Made by a program: the position numbers and the translations under genes. This document shows positions 11,166-27,603 of a DNA stretch of 64,000 nt, piece after piece; within the stretch, counting starts at the first letter, position 1; every line of letters begins with the position of its first letter. Location of the stretch: the NCBI RefSeq assembly GCF_009914755.1, contig NC_060943.1. One strand, 5' to 3'. The notes beneath the pieces are model-generated. The model was not told where the DNA came from and did no database searches. It worked only from the letters and a program-made list of their open reading frames with translations. The stretch is from the human T2T-CHM13v2.0 reference genome, Homo sapiens.

Positions 11166-12093
11166 CAATTGAATCCTTACTTTCTATAGATATGAAGAGT
11201 TTGTAATCTTTTATTGATTTTTATGAAAATTGCATTGAGATCAAATTATATCCTCTATTTTAAAATCCTTTGAAATTTGTTGAGATCTACTTTATACTCT
11301 AATACATGGTCAATTTTTTAAATGATCCCCATGCAGTTAAAAAGTGCATATTCCTCCATTATTACATGCCTTATTCTATTAAGTTGTTCCTAATTGTATT
11401 TTTATATCTTGTATATTTTTATTTTTATTATAACAGCTTTAATGAAGTATAAATGACATATAAGAAGCATGTATATCTAAAATGTACAACTTGTAACTTT
11501 TGACAGTTGTGAAAAACCAGAAAATTACCACCACAATCAAAATATGAACAGATTCATCTCTTATGAAAGTTTCCTTGTACCTCTTTAAGTGCCTGTCTCC
11601 TGCCTCTTTGTCCCCTTCCTTCTTTCTAGGCAACCACTGATGTGCTTTCTGTCAGTATAGATTAGTTTGCATTTTCTAGCACTTCATGTACATGGAATCA
11701 TACAACATGCACTATTTTTGGTCTGAGTTCCTTCACAGATCTTATAATCTTTTGGCTTCATTGGTCTTGTGTGTATCAATACTTCATAGCTTTTTGAGTC
11801 TTAAATGTTAAAAAATTTACATGCAGCAAACTCAATCTTTTTGATGTGGATTTCCATGAGTTTTGAGAACTCTGTCTTATGTAGGTTTTGTATGGATGGC
11901 TGGAGTCATAGGCACTTCCACTACAGTAGAGATGTTGCTTCCTAACTTCAGATACTCCTTGTGCTGTGCTTTTGTAGTCAGATGGTCTCCTTGCCCTTAA
12001 TCCTGAGTGGCCACCAGCTTGTTCTTCATTCCGGTGGCTTTGCCTTTTCCAGAACTGCTTATCAATGAAATCATGTAAGATGTAACTTTTTGA

Positions 12094-12481
<388 letters not shown>

Positions 12482-12599
12482 TAAAGGTATCAATGTATCT
12501 TTATTAATATTCATTTTTTCAGATGTTTTAATTACTGGAAATAAGATTACCCAATTTGTTTTTTTAGAAATCTGGTTCTTCTGTGTCAATATATTTAAT

Positions 12600-12740
12600 G
12601 TATTTTTACGTAGTTACTAAAATTTTTTTTTTATTTTACGTAGTTTTTAAAATTTTTTAAAAAAATTTTATGTAGTTTTTTAAAATTTTACCTACTTTTT
12701 AAAAAATTTTACATAGTTACTAAAAATTTGTTTTTAATTA
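12600..12740. repeat. AT-rich imperfect tandem repeat (ttttacgtagtt.. unit)
   Basis: About five degenerate copies of TTTTA(C/T)(G/A)TAGTT(A/T)...AAAA. Confidence 0.7.
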
Positions 12741-13156
12741 TGCCAGCTTTATTGGCATAATTGACAAATAGGAATTGTGTATATTTAAAATGTACAGCTT
12801 TAATATATATATTTACAGTGTGAAGTGACCACCATACTCAAGGTACCTGACATATCCATCATAGATTTAAGATCATATTTAGAATTTATAAAAAGGTATT
12901 GAAGTCAGCCAGACTCAAAGGCTACATCTTGCATGATTTCATTTATTAGCAATTCTGGAAAAGGCAAAGCTATAGGGATGAAGAGCACACCAGTGCCTAC
13001 TAATGATTAAGGGTGGGGAGATTATTTGAGTAAAAAGGGAGAGCAGAAGAAACTTTTTGAGGGGTAGGAAACAGGTTTTTCTTTTCTTTTTCTTTTTTTT
13101 TTTGCTGGTGAGGACACTTACTTAAGATATAAATTTTTATCAAATTTCAAGTACAA

Positions 13157-13500
13157 CAGCTTCTCCCTTTTTCAGTTTTGCTTTCTGCAGTTTCAGTTAC
13201 TCGTGGTCAACTAGGGTCCAAAAATTGGTGAGGCAGTACAATAAGAATTTTCAGAGACAGACAATGACCAGATTTATATAACTTTTATTACAGTATATTG
13301 GTATAATTGTCCTATTTTATAATTAGTACCTGTTAATCTCTCACTCAGTTAATTTATAAATTAAACTTTATGATAGGTATGGATGCATTGTAAAAAAAAA
13401 AAAGCATAGTATATTGTACACAAGGTTCAGTACTATGCATAGGTTCAGGCTTTCACGGGGGATTGTGGAATGTATCCCCTGCAGATAAAGGCGGACTCCT
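13157..13500. mobile_element. MER44-type Tigger-derived DNA transposon inserted in an L1M 3' end
   Basis: gctttctgcagtttcagttactcgtggtcaac...gtatcccctgcagataaaggcggact. The L1 sequence resumes on both sides at a TA site. Confidence 0.7.
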
Positions 13501-15232
13501 CTCTACAATAGAGTATTATTAATCGTGGCCACCACGCTGTCCATTAGATCTTCAGAGCTCACTTACCTTGCATAGCTGAAACTCTGTACCCTTTGACCAA
13601 CAACTTCTCACTCATTCATCCCCCGGCTACACTTTGCCCCAGGCAACCACCATTCTACTCTCTAATTCTGTGAGTTCAGTCATTTTAGATTCTACATAGA
13701 AGTGAGGTCATGCAGGATTTGTGTTTCTGTGTCTAGCCTATTTCACTAGGCATAATGTCCTACAGGTTCATCCGTATTGTTGAAAGGAGCAGGATTTCTC
13801 TCTTTTTTAAAAGGCTGAATAGTATTCCATTGTATATTTTATAAAACATAGAAAGATAGATGGATGGATAGACAGACAGATAGATAGCTTTTGTGTGTGT
13901 GTATATATATCACATTTTCTTTATCCATTCATCCATTGACAGGCATTTAGGTTGTTTCCCTATCTTGGTGACCATGAATAATGCTTCAATGAACCTAGGG
14001 GTGCCTATCTATTGATGTTATTTCCTTTAGATATATACCCAGAAGTGGGATTTCTGGATCATACGGTAGCTCTATTTTTAAGTTTTTGAGAAACCTCCAT
14101 TTTGTTTTTCATAAAGGCTGTACCATTTTATATTTTTACCAATAGTGCACAAGGGTTCCAATTTCTTCACATCTTTGCAAACACTTACGATTTCTTGTCT
14201 TTTGGATAGAAACCATGCTAATGTGTGTAAGGTGGTATGTTGTGGTTTTGATTGCCATTTCCCTGATGATTCGTGATGGTGAACATCTTTTCATGCATCT
14301 GTTGGTCATTTGTATATCTTTTTAGGAAAAATGCCTATGCAGGGCCTTTGCCCATTTTTAATTGGATTGTTTTTTGCAATGAGTTCTATGAATTAATTAC
14401 ATATTTTGGATATTAATCCCTTATCAAATATATGGTTTACAAATATTTTCTCTCATTTTTTAGGTTAATACCTCCAGCTTCATCTTCTCACTCAGAATTC
14501 TTTTGGCTTTTTGAGCTTTTTTGTGATTCCATAAATATTTTGGGATTTTTTTCCTTTTTCTATAAAAAATGCCATTGGGATTCATGGAATCTGATAGGGA
14601 TTGGCTTGAATCTGTAGATCACTTTGGGTATTATGAATATTTCAATATTCATTCTTTAAATCCATGAAAGTATGAAGTCATTTTATTCAGTTGTGTCTTA
14701 ATTTTCCTCATCGTGTTTTATAGTTTTCAGTGTGCAAGTATTACACCTCTTTGGCTAAGTTTATTTTCAAGCATTTTATTCTTTTTGTTGTTACTGGAAA
14801 TGTAATTGCCTTCTTATTTTCTTTTTTGGATAGTTCATTATCAATGTATATAAATGTCTCCAACTTTTGTATGTATATTTTGTATCCTGCAACATTACTA
14901 GACTTATCAGTAATTTAACAATAAATTGTTAATTATGCTCACCCTACAGTGCTATAGAAAACTAGAACTTATTCCTCCTATCTAGTTGCACTTTGTACCA
15001 TTAATCAACCTTTGGCTATAAACCCCTCTCCCAAACTTTTCCTTGCCTCTAGTGACCATTATTGTACACTCTCCTTCTATGAGATGAACTTTTTTAGCTT
15101 CGGCAGATGAGTGAGAACATGCAGCATTTATCTTCCTGTGCCTGGCTTACTTCACATAACACAATGGCTCCAAGTTAATCCATGTTGATGCAAATGACAG
15201 AATTTTATAATTTTTTATGGCTAGTGTCTCAT

Positions 15233-15235
<3 letters not shown>

Positions 15236-15280
<45 letters not shown>
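15236..15280. repeat. (TA)n microsatellite
   Basis: Perfect AT run of ~22 units. Confidence 0.95.
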
Positions 15281-15282
<2 letters not shown>

Positions 15283-18219
15283 GTATTTTCTTCATCTTTT
15301 CACTTGTTGATGGACACTGAGGTTGAGTCAAATCTTGGCTGTGAATAGTGCTGCAATAAATGAGAGTGCTGCAATAAATGAGTGTGCAGATATGTCTTCG
15401 ATATACTAATTTTCTTTCTTTTTTTCTTGGATGTATACCCAGTAATGATATTGCTCGATCATATGGTAATTCTATTTTTGTTTTTTTGAGAAACCTCCAT
15501 ATCATAATGCCTATCCTAATTTACATTCCTATCAACCAGCAAGAGTTCCCATTTCCTTGCTTCCTCACTAGCATTTGTTATCTTTTGTAATTTTGATAAT
15601 ACCCATCCCTACTGAGGTGAGATGATAGCTCACTGTGGTTTTGATTTGCATTTCCCTGATGACTGGCGATGTTGACCATTTGAAAAATACCTGTTGACCA
15701 TTTGTATGTCATCTTTTGAGAGATTTTTATTCAGCTAATATGCCCATTTATACATCAGATTATTTGTGTGTTTTTTCCATGTTGAGCTGTTTGAGTTCCT
15801 TGTATATTCTGGATATGAATCCTTTGTCAGATGAATAGTTTGCTAATATTCTTTCCCATTCTGCAAGTCATCTCTTCTCTCTATTGATCATTTCCTTTGC
15901 TGTGCCGAAGCTTTTTAGTTTGTTATAGTCCTGTTTATTTTTTCTTTTTTTGTTTGTGCTTTTGAGGTTTTCTCTATAAAATCTTTGCCAAGACCAATGT
16001 CCTGAAAATTTTTCTTCATATTTTCTTCTAGTAGTTTCATAGTTTCTGCTCTAAGTCTTTAAGCTATTTTAAGTTGATTTAAGGAAAAATATGATTAGAG
16101 ATGGATGTCTGGTTTCATATTTTTGGCATATTAATATCCAATTTTCCCAGCACCATTTATTGAAGAGACTGTCCAATCCTCAGTAAATGTTCTTGGCACC
16201 TTTGTTGAAATTATGTTGATGGTAAATATGTGGATTTATTTCTGTGTTGTCTATTTAGTTCCATTGGTCTATGTGTCTGTTTTTATGCCAGTACAATACT
16301 ATTTTTTAAAAAACTATAGCTTTATAGTCTATTTTGACTTCAAAAAGTGTTATGCCTCCAACTTTTTTAATTTTTCTCAGGGTTGCTTTGGTTATTTGGA
16401 GTCTTTTGTGGTTTCATACCAATTTTAGGACTGCTTTTTCTACCTCTGTGAAGATGTCGTTGGTATTTTTATAGAGATTGCATTGACTCTGCAGATTGCT
16501 TTTGGTAATACGCTCATTTTTACAACATTAATTCTTCCAATCATGAACATGAGACATCTTTTCACTTTTGATGTCTTCTTCACTTTCTGTCATCAATGTT
16601 TTATAGCTTTTTTGGTAGAGATCTTTCACCTCTTTGGTTAAATTTATTCTTTTTTTTGGTGGCTATTTTACATGTGATTGACTTCTCAATTTCTTCCTTT
16701 ACTAATTTGTTGCTGATGTGTAGGAATGCTACTGATTTTTGTATGTCGATTTTGTATCATGTGCCTTTACTGAATTCCTTTATCAGTTATAAGAGTTTTT
16801 TCTTGGTCCTTTTAGGGTTTTCTATATACAAGATCATGTCATCTGCAAGCAGAGACCATTTGGCATCCTCCTATCCAGGCTGTATGCTCTTTATTTCATT
16901 CTCTTGCCTAATTGCTCTGGCTAGGACTTCCAGTACTATTTTGAATAAAAGTGATGAAAGTGGCCATTCTTGTCTTGCTCCAGATTTTAGAGGATGACAT
17001 TTCAACTTTTCTTTATTCAGTATGATTTTGGCGATGGGTTTGCCATATATTTATTTTATTATGTTGGGGTACATTCTTTCTATACCCGGTTTGTTAAGAG
17101 TTTCTATAATGAAGCATTGTTGACTTTTATCAAATGCATTTTCTGTGTCTATTTATATGATCTTACAGTTCTTGTTCTTCCTTCTGTTGATGTGATGTGT
17201 CACAAGTATTGATTTGTATATTTTCATTCACAATCCTTGTATTCCTGGGAGAAATCCCACTTGATCATGGTGAATTAGCATTTTGCTAAGCTGTTGAGGT
17301 TGGTTTGCTAGTATTTTGTTGAGGATGTTTGTATCTATGTTTATTATGGATATTGGCCTATAGTTTTTTTTTTTTTTCTGTATGCGTGTGTCCTTGTCTG
17401 GTTTTTCTATCAGGATATACTGGTTTTGCAGAGTGAGTTTGAAAGAATTCCATTCTTTTCAATTTCTTGGAAGACTCTGAGAAGAACTGGTATCAGTTCT
17501 ACTTAAATATTTTGTAGAATTCTGGAAGGAAGTCAGTGGAGTCTGGGTTTTTTCTTTGATGGGAGATATTTTATTAGAGATTCAATCTCATTACTTGCAA
17601 TTGCTCAATTCAGGAGTTCTGTTTCTTTTGGGTTCAATCTTGGTAAATTTTATGTGTCCAATAATTTACATATTTTCTGGTTGGTTTTCTAATTTGTTAG
17701 CTTATAGTTATTTGTAGCAGTCTCTAATGATATTTTGTGTTTGTGTGATATCAGTTGTGATGTCTACTATTTCATTTTTGGTTTTATTTACTTGTGCCTT
17801 TTTTCTTGTTTCATAGTTAGTCTGGTTAATGGTCTGTTGATTATTTTTATCTTTTAAACATAACCAGCTTTTCATTTTTTGATCTCCTGTTTTTTAGTCT
17901 CAATTTTATTTACTTCTGCTGTGATCCTTATTATAGTTTTCCTCCTACTAATTTTGGGTTTGATTTGTATTTGTTCTTCTAGTTCCTTGAAATTCATTGT
18001 TAAGTTTTACTTGAAATCTTTCTGTTTTTTTGATGTGAGTACTTACTATTAAACTTCCCAGTTACTGATTTTGCTGTGTCCTATAGATGTTGATATGTTG
18101 TGTTGGTTTCATCTGAACTCTTTCTACTTTTTAAATGTAGGTATTTATCATCAAAATTTCTTGTTTATATAGCTTCTGCTGCATCCCCCAGGCTTTTGTA
18201 TGTTGCATTTCTATTTTAA

Positions 18220-18546
<327 letters not shown>

Positions 18547-18616
18547 CAAAATTTACTTCTTAATTTCTTTATTAACTCATTGTTGAATTTTCATATATTT
18601 GTGTTTTAGAAAATTC

Positions 18617-18917
18617 TTTTTTTTTTTTTTTTTTTTTTTAGGATAGTCTCACTCTGTTGCCAGGCTGGAGTGCAGTAGCATGATCTTAGCTCACTGCAAT
18701 ATCCGCCTCCTGGATTCAAGTGATTTCCCCTGCCTCAGCCTTCCAAGTAGCTGGGCCTACAGGCATGCACCACCACACCTGGCTAATTTTTTGTATTTCA
18801 GTAGAGACCGGGTTTCACTATGTTGGCCAGGATGGTCTTGATCTCCTGACGTCGTGATCCGCCCACCTTGGCCTCTCAAAGTGCTGGGATTACAGGCATG
18901 AGCCACTGTGCCTGGCT
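18617..18917 (-). mobile_element. AluSc-like element
   Basis: Dimeric Alu with the tgttgccagg single-C deletion and ggatggtcttgatc diagnostics. Confidence 0.9.
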
Positions 18918-19673
18918 GAAAATTTATCTTGTTATTGATTTGTAGTGTTATTTTATTGTACACAGAATAGATACTTGATATGATATTGGATGCATGCATT
19001 CAATATGTAATAATCACATTAGGGTAAATGGAATATCTATCACCTGAAGCATTTATCCTTTGTGTTACAAATAACCCAATCATATTCTTTTCATCATTTA
19101 AAAATGTAGAATTAAATTATTATTCACTACTGTCACTCTGTTGTGCTATCAAATACTAAACCTTATTCATTCTTTTTTAAATGGTCTTATGAAAGGAATT
19201 TATATTTTACAGTTGTTGGATGAAATAGTCTGTAAATGTCTGTTAGATTTGTTTGATCTAACGTGCAGCATAAATCCAATGTTTCTTTGTCAATTTTCTG
19301 TGTAGATGACCTGTTCACTGCTGAGAGTGGGGTGTTGAAGCTCCCCAACTGTAATTGTATTGGAGTCTATCTCTCTCCTTAAATCTAATAATATTGGTTT
19401 TATATTTCTTTGTGTTCCAGTGTTGGGTGCATATGTATTTAGAATTGTCATACCCTCTTGGTATATTGATTGATCTTTTACCATTTGATCCCGTATCACT
19501 TGAGCCCTTATTAATGATCCTTTGTCATGGAGTCATTTATCCTTTTATCATTATGAATGACCTTCTTTGTCTCTTATAGTTTTATGTTAAAATCTACATT
19601 ATCAGATATAAGCATACTGACTCCTGATTGCTTTTGATTTTCATTTGTGTGGAATATTTTTTCCATCTCTTCA

Positions 19674-19976
19674 TTTTCTTTTCTTTTTTTTTTTGAGATG
19701 GAGTTTCACTTTGTTGCCCAGGGTGGAGGGCAGCGGTGCATTCTTGGCTCACTGCAACCTCCACCTCCTGGGTTCAAGTGATTATCCTGCCTTAGCCTCC
19801 TGAGCAGCTGGGACAACAGGCACATGCCACCATGCCCAGCTAATTTTTGTATATTCAGTAGAGATGGGTTTCACCATGTTGGCCCAGCTGGTCTCAAAAC
19901 TCCTGACCTCAAGTGATCTGTCCCCCTTGGCCTCCCAAGGTGCTGGGATTACAGGTGTGAGCCATTGGGCCTGGCC
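19674..19976 (-). mobile_element. AluS element
   Basis: Dimeric Alu with TSD ATCTCTTCATTTTC. Confidence 0.95.
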
Positions 19977-22330
19977 ATCATCTCTTCATTTTCAATTGGT
20001 ATATATCTTTATAGGTGAAGTGAGTTTCTTGTAAGCAGCATATTTTTGAGTCATTTAAAAAATATCAATTCAGACAGTTTCTATCTTTTAAGTGGGGAAT
20101 TTAGTCTGTTTTCACTCAGAGTTATTGATAAGTGAGGACATATTCTTGTGATTTTGTTAACTGTTTTCTGAGTGTTGTGTATATCCTTTGTTGTTTTCTT
20201 CCTCTGTCATTGTTTGTCATTGCACTTTGGTGGATTTCTGTAGTGATAACCTTTGATTCCTTTCTTTTTCTCCTTTATGTATCTGCCCCACCCATAAGTT
20301 TTACACTTTTGTGTGTTTTCATGATAGTGATTATTATCTTTTTGCCTCCAGATGTAGTACTTCTTTGAGTATTTCTTTTTAAGCCTGTCTGATGGTGTTT
20401 AATGTCCTTAGAGTTTCTTTTGTGGAAAAAATGTTATTACTCTCTCATTTCTGAAGCATAGCTTTGCTCTGTATAGTATTCTTGCTGGACAAGTTTTTTC
20501 TGTCAGCTCTTTGAATATATTATCCCATACTCTCCTGGCCTGTAAAGTTTCTGTGAAGAAAATTGCTATTGGTCTACTGGCAATTTCTTTATATGTGACT
20601 TGACGCTTTTGCTGTTTTTAGAATTCTCCCTCCTTCTTTGACTTTTGATAATTTGACTGTAATGTGCCACTGGGAGGAACTTTCAGCTGAATCTTTTTTG
20701 GGGCCTTGGATCTAGATGTCCATTCTCTCTCCAGACTTGAGATTTTTTTGCAATTATTTCATTAAGTCAGTTTTCTATGCCTTTTCTCTTCTCTTTTCCT
20801 TCTGGGACTTCTGAGTTCCAACATTTATTCACCTAGTGGTGTTGCATAAGTTTTATAACTTTTTTTTTCACTGTTTTTCACTCTTATATCTTAATTTTTC
20901 TGTAACTGGGTAATTTTAAGTGACCTATATTTAAGTTCAGAGATTCTTTCTTCTGCTCGATCAAGTCTGCTATTGACACTGTCCATTTTATTTTTTAAAT
21001 TTCATTCATTGAATTCTTCAGTTGCAGGATTTCTGTTTTTAAATTATTATTCCTATCTCTATTGAATTTCTGATTCATATCATAAAGTTTATCTGATTTT
21101 ATTGAATTGTGTCTGTATTTTCTTTTATCTTGTCGAGTTTCCTTAAGATTAGTAGTTTGAATTCCTTTTCCATAGGTCATTTATTTCCTTTTCATTGATG
21201 TCTTTTACCAGCAAGTTATTATGTTCTTTTGGTAATGTCATATTTCCTTGCTTTTAAATGTTTCTTTTGGCACTTCAGTGTTATCTGTACATCTGGTGGA
21301 ACAATTGCTTCTTTCAAACTTTTTAGAGTTGCTTTCATAAAGTAAGACTTTCCCCTCCAGTTGGATATTCTTGTGCCAGTTGGCAAGAAATTGGTGACTG
21401 TTTCCAAATTAGTATAGTGGTATGGTCTACATGTAGTTTCCTTATCTGTGTTGAATGTTATCAATAACTATGAGTGACCCCATGGCCTAGACTGCAGATG
21501 TTTGTGACAGTGGTTGCTTAGGTTGTTAACATCATTGGTCAAGGCTTTGGGGGCCTTCCAATTCTTATTTTTCTGCTCAGCACCACAGGGGAAGGGTGTA
21601 ACAGCTGCTCAAAGCTCAGCTTGGGGATGTTAGGCCACTGGGCTGGAGTGCTTCAACAGTGGCTTAACCTCTGGCATGAAGGGGATCTGTGGCTATTAGC
21701 CCCCAGAACAAGATGCACTCCAGTCATAGTTCTAAATGTGAGATGGCACAGTGCAATAGCTGTATGGGCCACAGGGAGCAGGACACAGGGTGGGCTTCTT
21801 CTCTGGAAGGAACACAGCCATATATATATATGGACTCTAGGCAGCTTCCTCAGTCAGGCTTAGTGTCTAAAATACTCCAGTGGTGAGGTCTGTGGGTGTC
21901 CAATATGTTGATGGGGGTTATTGGGATCCTCTGGTTTACCTTCTCACTGAATTAGGAGAAGTTCCTTCTAATTCTCAGCTGATCATGTGTAGGGGATGGG
22001 ACAGTGGAGGTCCAGCATTTTTTTTTTTTTTTCATTCTCAATGTAGGCATCCTGAGTTTCTGTGCTCATTAGAGTTTCTGTTACTTTTCTGATGCATTCC
22101 TGTACTCTCCTTCAAGTATGTAGTTGTTTATTCATATTCATACTGTCTTTGGGGGTTAGAAGCAATAAGAGCTTCTAGTCTGCCATGTTGCTGATGTTAC
22201 TCCTGTAATTTTATTTTCTTGTAGTGTCTTTTGTGTGGATTTGGTATCAATCATGGTAATGGTGGCTTCATAAAATGTGTTTGAAAGTATTCTCTCTACT
22301 TCTATTTTTGGAAGAGTTTAAAATAGATTG

Positions 22331-24741
<2,411 letters not shown>

Positions 24742-26262
24742 GCATGTGTCTTTATGGTAGAATGATTTATAGCCCTTTGGATTTATACCCAGTAATGGGA
24801 TTGCTGGGTTTGAATGGTTAAATCCAATTCTTAATAAAAGCTTATAAAGAAATCTATCCAATCTTAACTAGTTTGACCATAATGCAAACTTTTTATAAAC
24901 CTTTTACAACCCTTTACAATTTTCTGTTGAACAGCAGATTAATTCTATAAGAAAAACCTGTTACTCAAATACATGGGCCCAGATTCTGGCCCTGTATCAG
25001 TGTGCTTTTATTTTATTGTTTAACCTACAGAGAAATTAAATAATGCCCTTCAAATCTTAGCCAACTTTCTCATACCCGCAGACTTTCCTTCACAAGATTA
25101 ATGCTTCACAAATTCTTCACAACTTGCTTGAACCTTTAGTTTTTTTCCCCCATTACTCTTTTAGGTTAGGACAATCCTTAAAAACTGCTGAACTAGACAA
25201 AATTACATCTTTTTAACAAAAGTCATACTCCCATACCTTTTATCACCTTTTACCAAAATCACACTTTACCTTCCTTACACACCCTGCATGTGAAACTCTT
25301 TCTTCAGTAGTTTCAAGCACATGTTATAATATTAACTTTTAGCAACTCTTATTTTTGGTGGAAAAGATGGTAAACAAGCAATTTTAACCATGTATCAGAT
25401 TGCAGATCTCAGGATGAGGATAGAGCTGCAGATAGTGTCCAACTCTCCCAAACTTAGCCAGGGGACCTGGCCCAAGCCTTACCTAAAATCTAATGGCTAT
25501 AAAACAGACAAGTCAAACAATTATTTAAAGTCATAGAAGCAGTTTATGGCCTTAAAACACATGGCAAACAGGTTCAGCCTGCCTACTTTAGACCAAATGT
25601 CTAAATTTTGAATATATTTATTTTATTTTACCAATAATCTTTTACATTGTCTTTTTTAAAGAAATTAGAGTCCCATGACCTAAATCCATTAAAGTTTCTA
25701 TTTTTTTCTGACAATATGTTTAAGTGCTTATATTTAGGACAATTAATTACAGCTCTTTTACACCACACACGTAACACACATAATACACAGACAAAAACGG
25801 AGATCCAAGACAGAATTTCATCAATAAAGAAATCTTTAGAGGGAGAGTGGGGTCTTTAAAACAATATTCACGCATATATAGGCCAAATATCAGCTTTAAT
25901 TAAGTCAACTTTTAAGTATAGAGATCTTAAGATTCTTTAAAAATCTTTTATTACCAGCTTTTAGCCAAGACAAAGGGCCAATATTTCTGGCTTTTGAATT
26001 TTTTTACTAAAGGCAACCTTCTACATGAAATCAGTAAGTCTTAACTAAGAGGATGGTAACCTTGGATGCATGAAGTGTCTCCAAAGAGATGGCAAGCGAT
26101 GGGCAAAGAGACGGCAAGCAATTTTTATGAGATGTAGAATCTCCCCAAAGGTAGTTCAGGAAAAAGAAAATTTCAAGACACGAAATCAGAAGCTGTCCAC
26201 AAAGAGGAAAGGAAGCAATAAATGGCAAAAAGTCAAACACACATAAAATCAGAAAAGACTGA

Positions 26263-26330
26263 TTCCCTAAGCCAGGAATTGAACCCAGGCCACCAGCATG
26301 AAAAGACAAAAACCTTAACTACTGAGCACA
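26263..26330 (-). pseudogene. tRNA-Glu-like relic embedded in the ERV internal sequence
   Basis: The minus strand reads ...agtagttaagg...tttcatgctggtggcctgggttcaattcctggcttagggaa, with a recognisable T-loop/B-box and a 3' AGGGAA. Confidence 0.55.
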
Positions 26331-26756
26331 AGGTGACTGAAATTGCTTTTCCTGAAAGGAATCTTGAGCAGTTATTTTTGAAGTTGCAAAGGATTTTAAC
26401 TATTCAAGAGAATTAAGGTGAGAATTAACATAATAATGTCCCTTTTTTAGACCCAAGAATCAAAGCTTTGTAACTCAACTGCACAGGGCTTTAAAGGCAA
26501 TACAGAAAGTTACTTGGATGAATAACCTTTTCAAGTGCACAACTGGAATTAACTTTTAGATAACTTTTGAATTAGATAAAATTATTCTTTTTTAAAAAAA
26601 AATAGAACACATTTTCCTTGGCACATTTTATGTAAACCCAGGAAGCAAGAAATCCTAAATTGCCTATCAGATACTAGCATTTTATAGATGAGCACCATTC
26701 TACAATTTTGGAACGTGTTCTCAATATAATAATCTTTTCTTAATTGGAAATGACCC

Positions 26757-27255
26757 AGGTATATACCCAAAGAATTATAAATCACTTTACTATAAAGACA
26801 CATGTACACATATGTTTATTGTGGCACTATTCACAATAGCAAAGACTTGGAACCAACCCAAATGTCCATCAATGATAGACTAGATTAAGAAAATGTGGCA
26901 CATATACACCATGGAATATTATGCAGCCATAAAAAAGGATGAGTTCATGTCCTTTGTAGGGACATGGATGAAGCTGGAAACCATCATTCTGAGCAAACTA
27001 TTGCAAGGACAGAAAACCAAACACTGCATGTTCTCACTCATAGGTGGGAATTGAACAATGAGAACACTTGGACATAGGGTGGGGTACATCACACACCAGG
27101 GGTGGGGGGAGGGGGGAGGGATTGCATTAGGAGATATACCTAATGTAAATGACAAGTTAATGGGTGCAGCACACCAACATGGAACATGTATACATATGTA
27201 ACAAACCTGCACGTTGTGCACATGTACCCTAGAACTTAAAGTATATATTTTAAAA
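26757..27255 (+). mobile_element. 5'-truncated L1PA 3' fragment inserted in the ERV
   Basis: ORF2 C-terminal and 3'UTR sequence ending gtaccctagaacttaaagtata. Confidence 0.92.
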
Positions 27256-27422
27256 AGTCAGATGAATTTTCTGCCTAGGAAAAAGCATTTAAATTATAAT
27301 TCATAGTTCCAATGAGTTGGCAGTGAAATTGGGGCCATGAGATGTTCCAGCAGCGATGGAGATGGGGCAAATCTTATAGTATTAACATCACACCATTTGG
27401 CAATAATGTCAAAAGTTACAAA

Positions 27423-27603
27423 AATACTTGAAATCAGTAATTATGAGAATGTATACTGGGAAAACTTTCAAAATAAATTCAATCTATATGCAAAAAAAGA
27501 GAATGTTCCAATACTTGAAATCAGTAATTATGTTTATGAGAATGTATACTGGGAAAACTTTCAAAATAAATTCAAGCTATATGCAAAAAAAAGAGAATGT
27601 TCC
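27423..27603. repeat. Two-copy ~90 bp tandem duplication
   Basis: aatacttgaaatcagtaattatg...gagaatgtatactgggaaaactttcaaaataaattcaa...atatgcaaaaaaagagaatgttcc appears twice, nearly identical. Confidence 0.92.

Noticed and set aside
27423-27603. Repeat pair as a CRISPR-like array
   Set aside because: It is two adjacent copies with no spacers in mammalian DNA, i.e. a simple tandem duplication.
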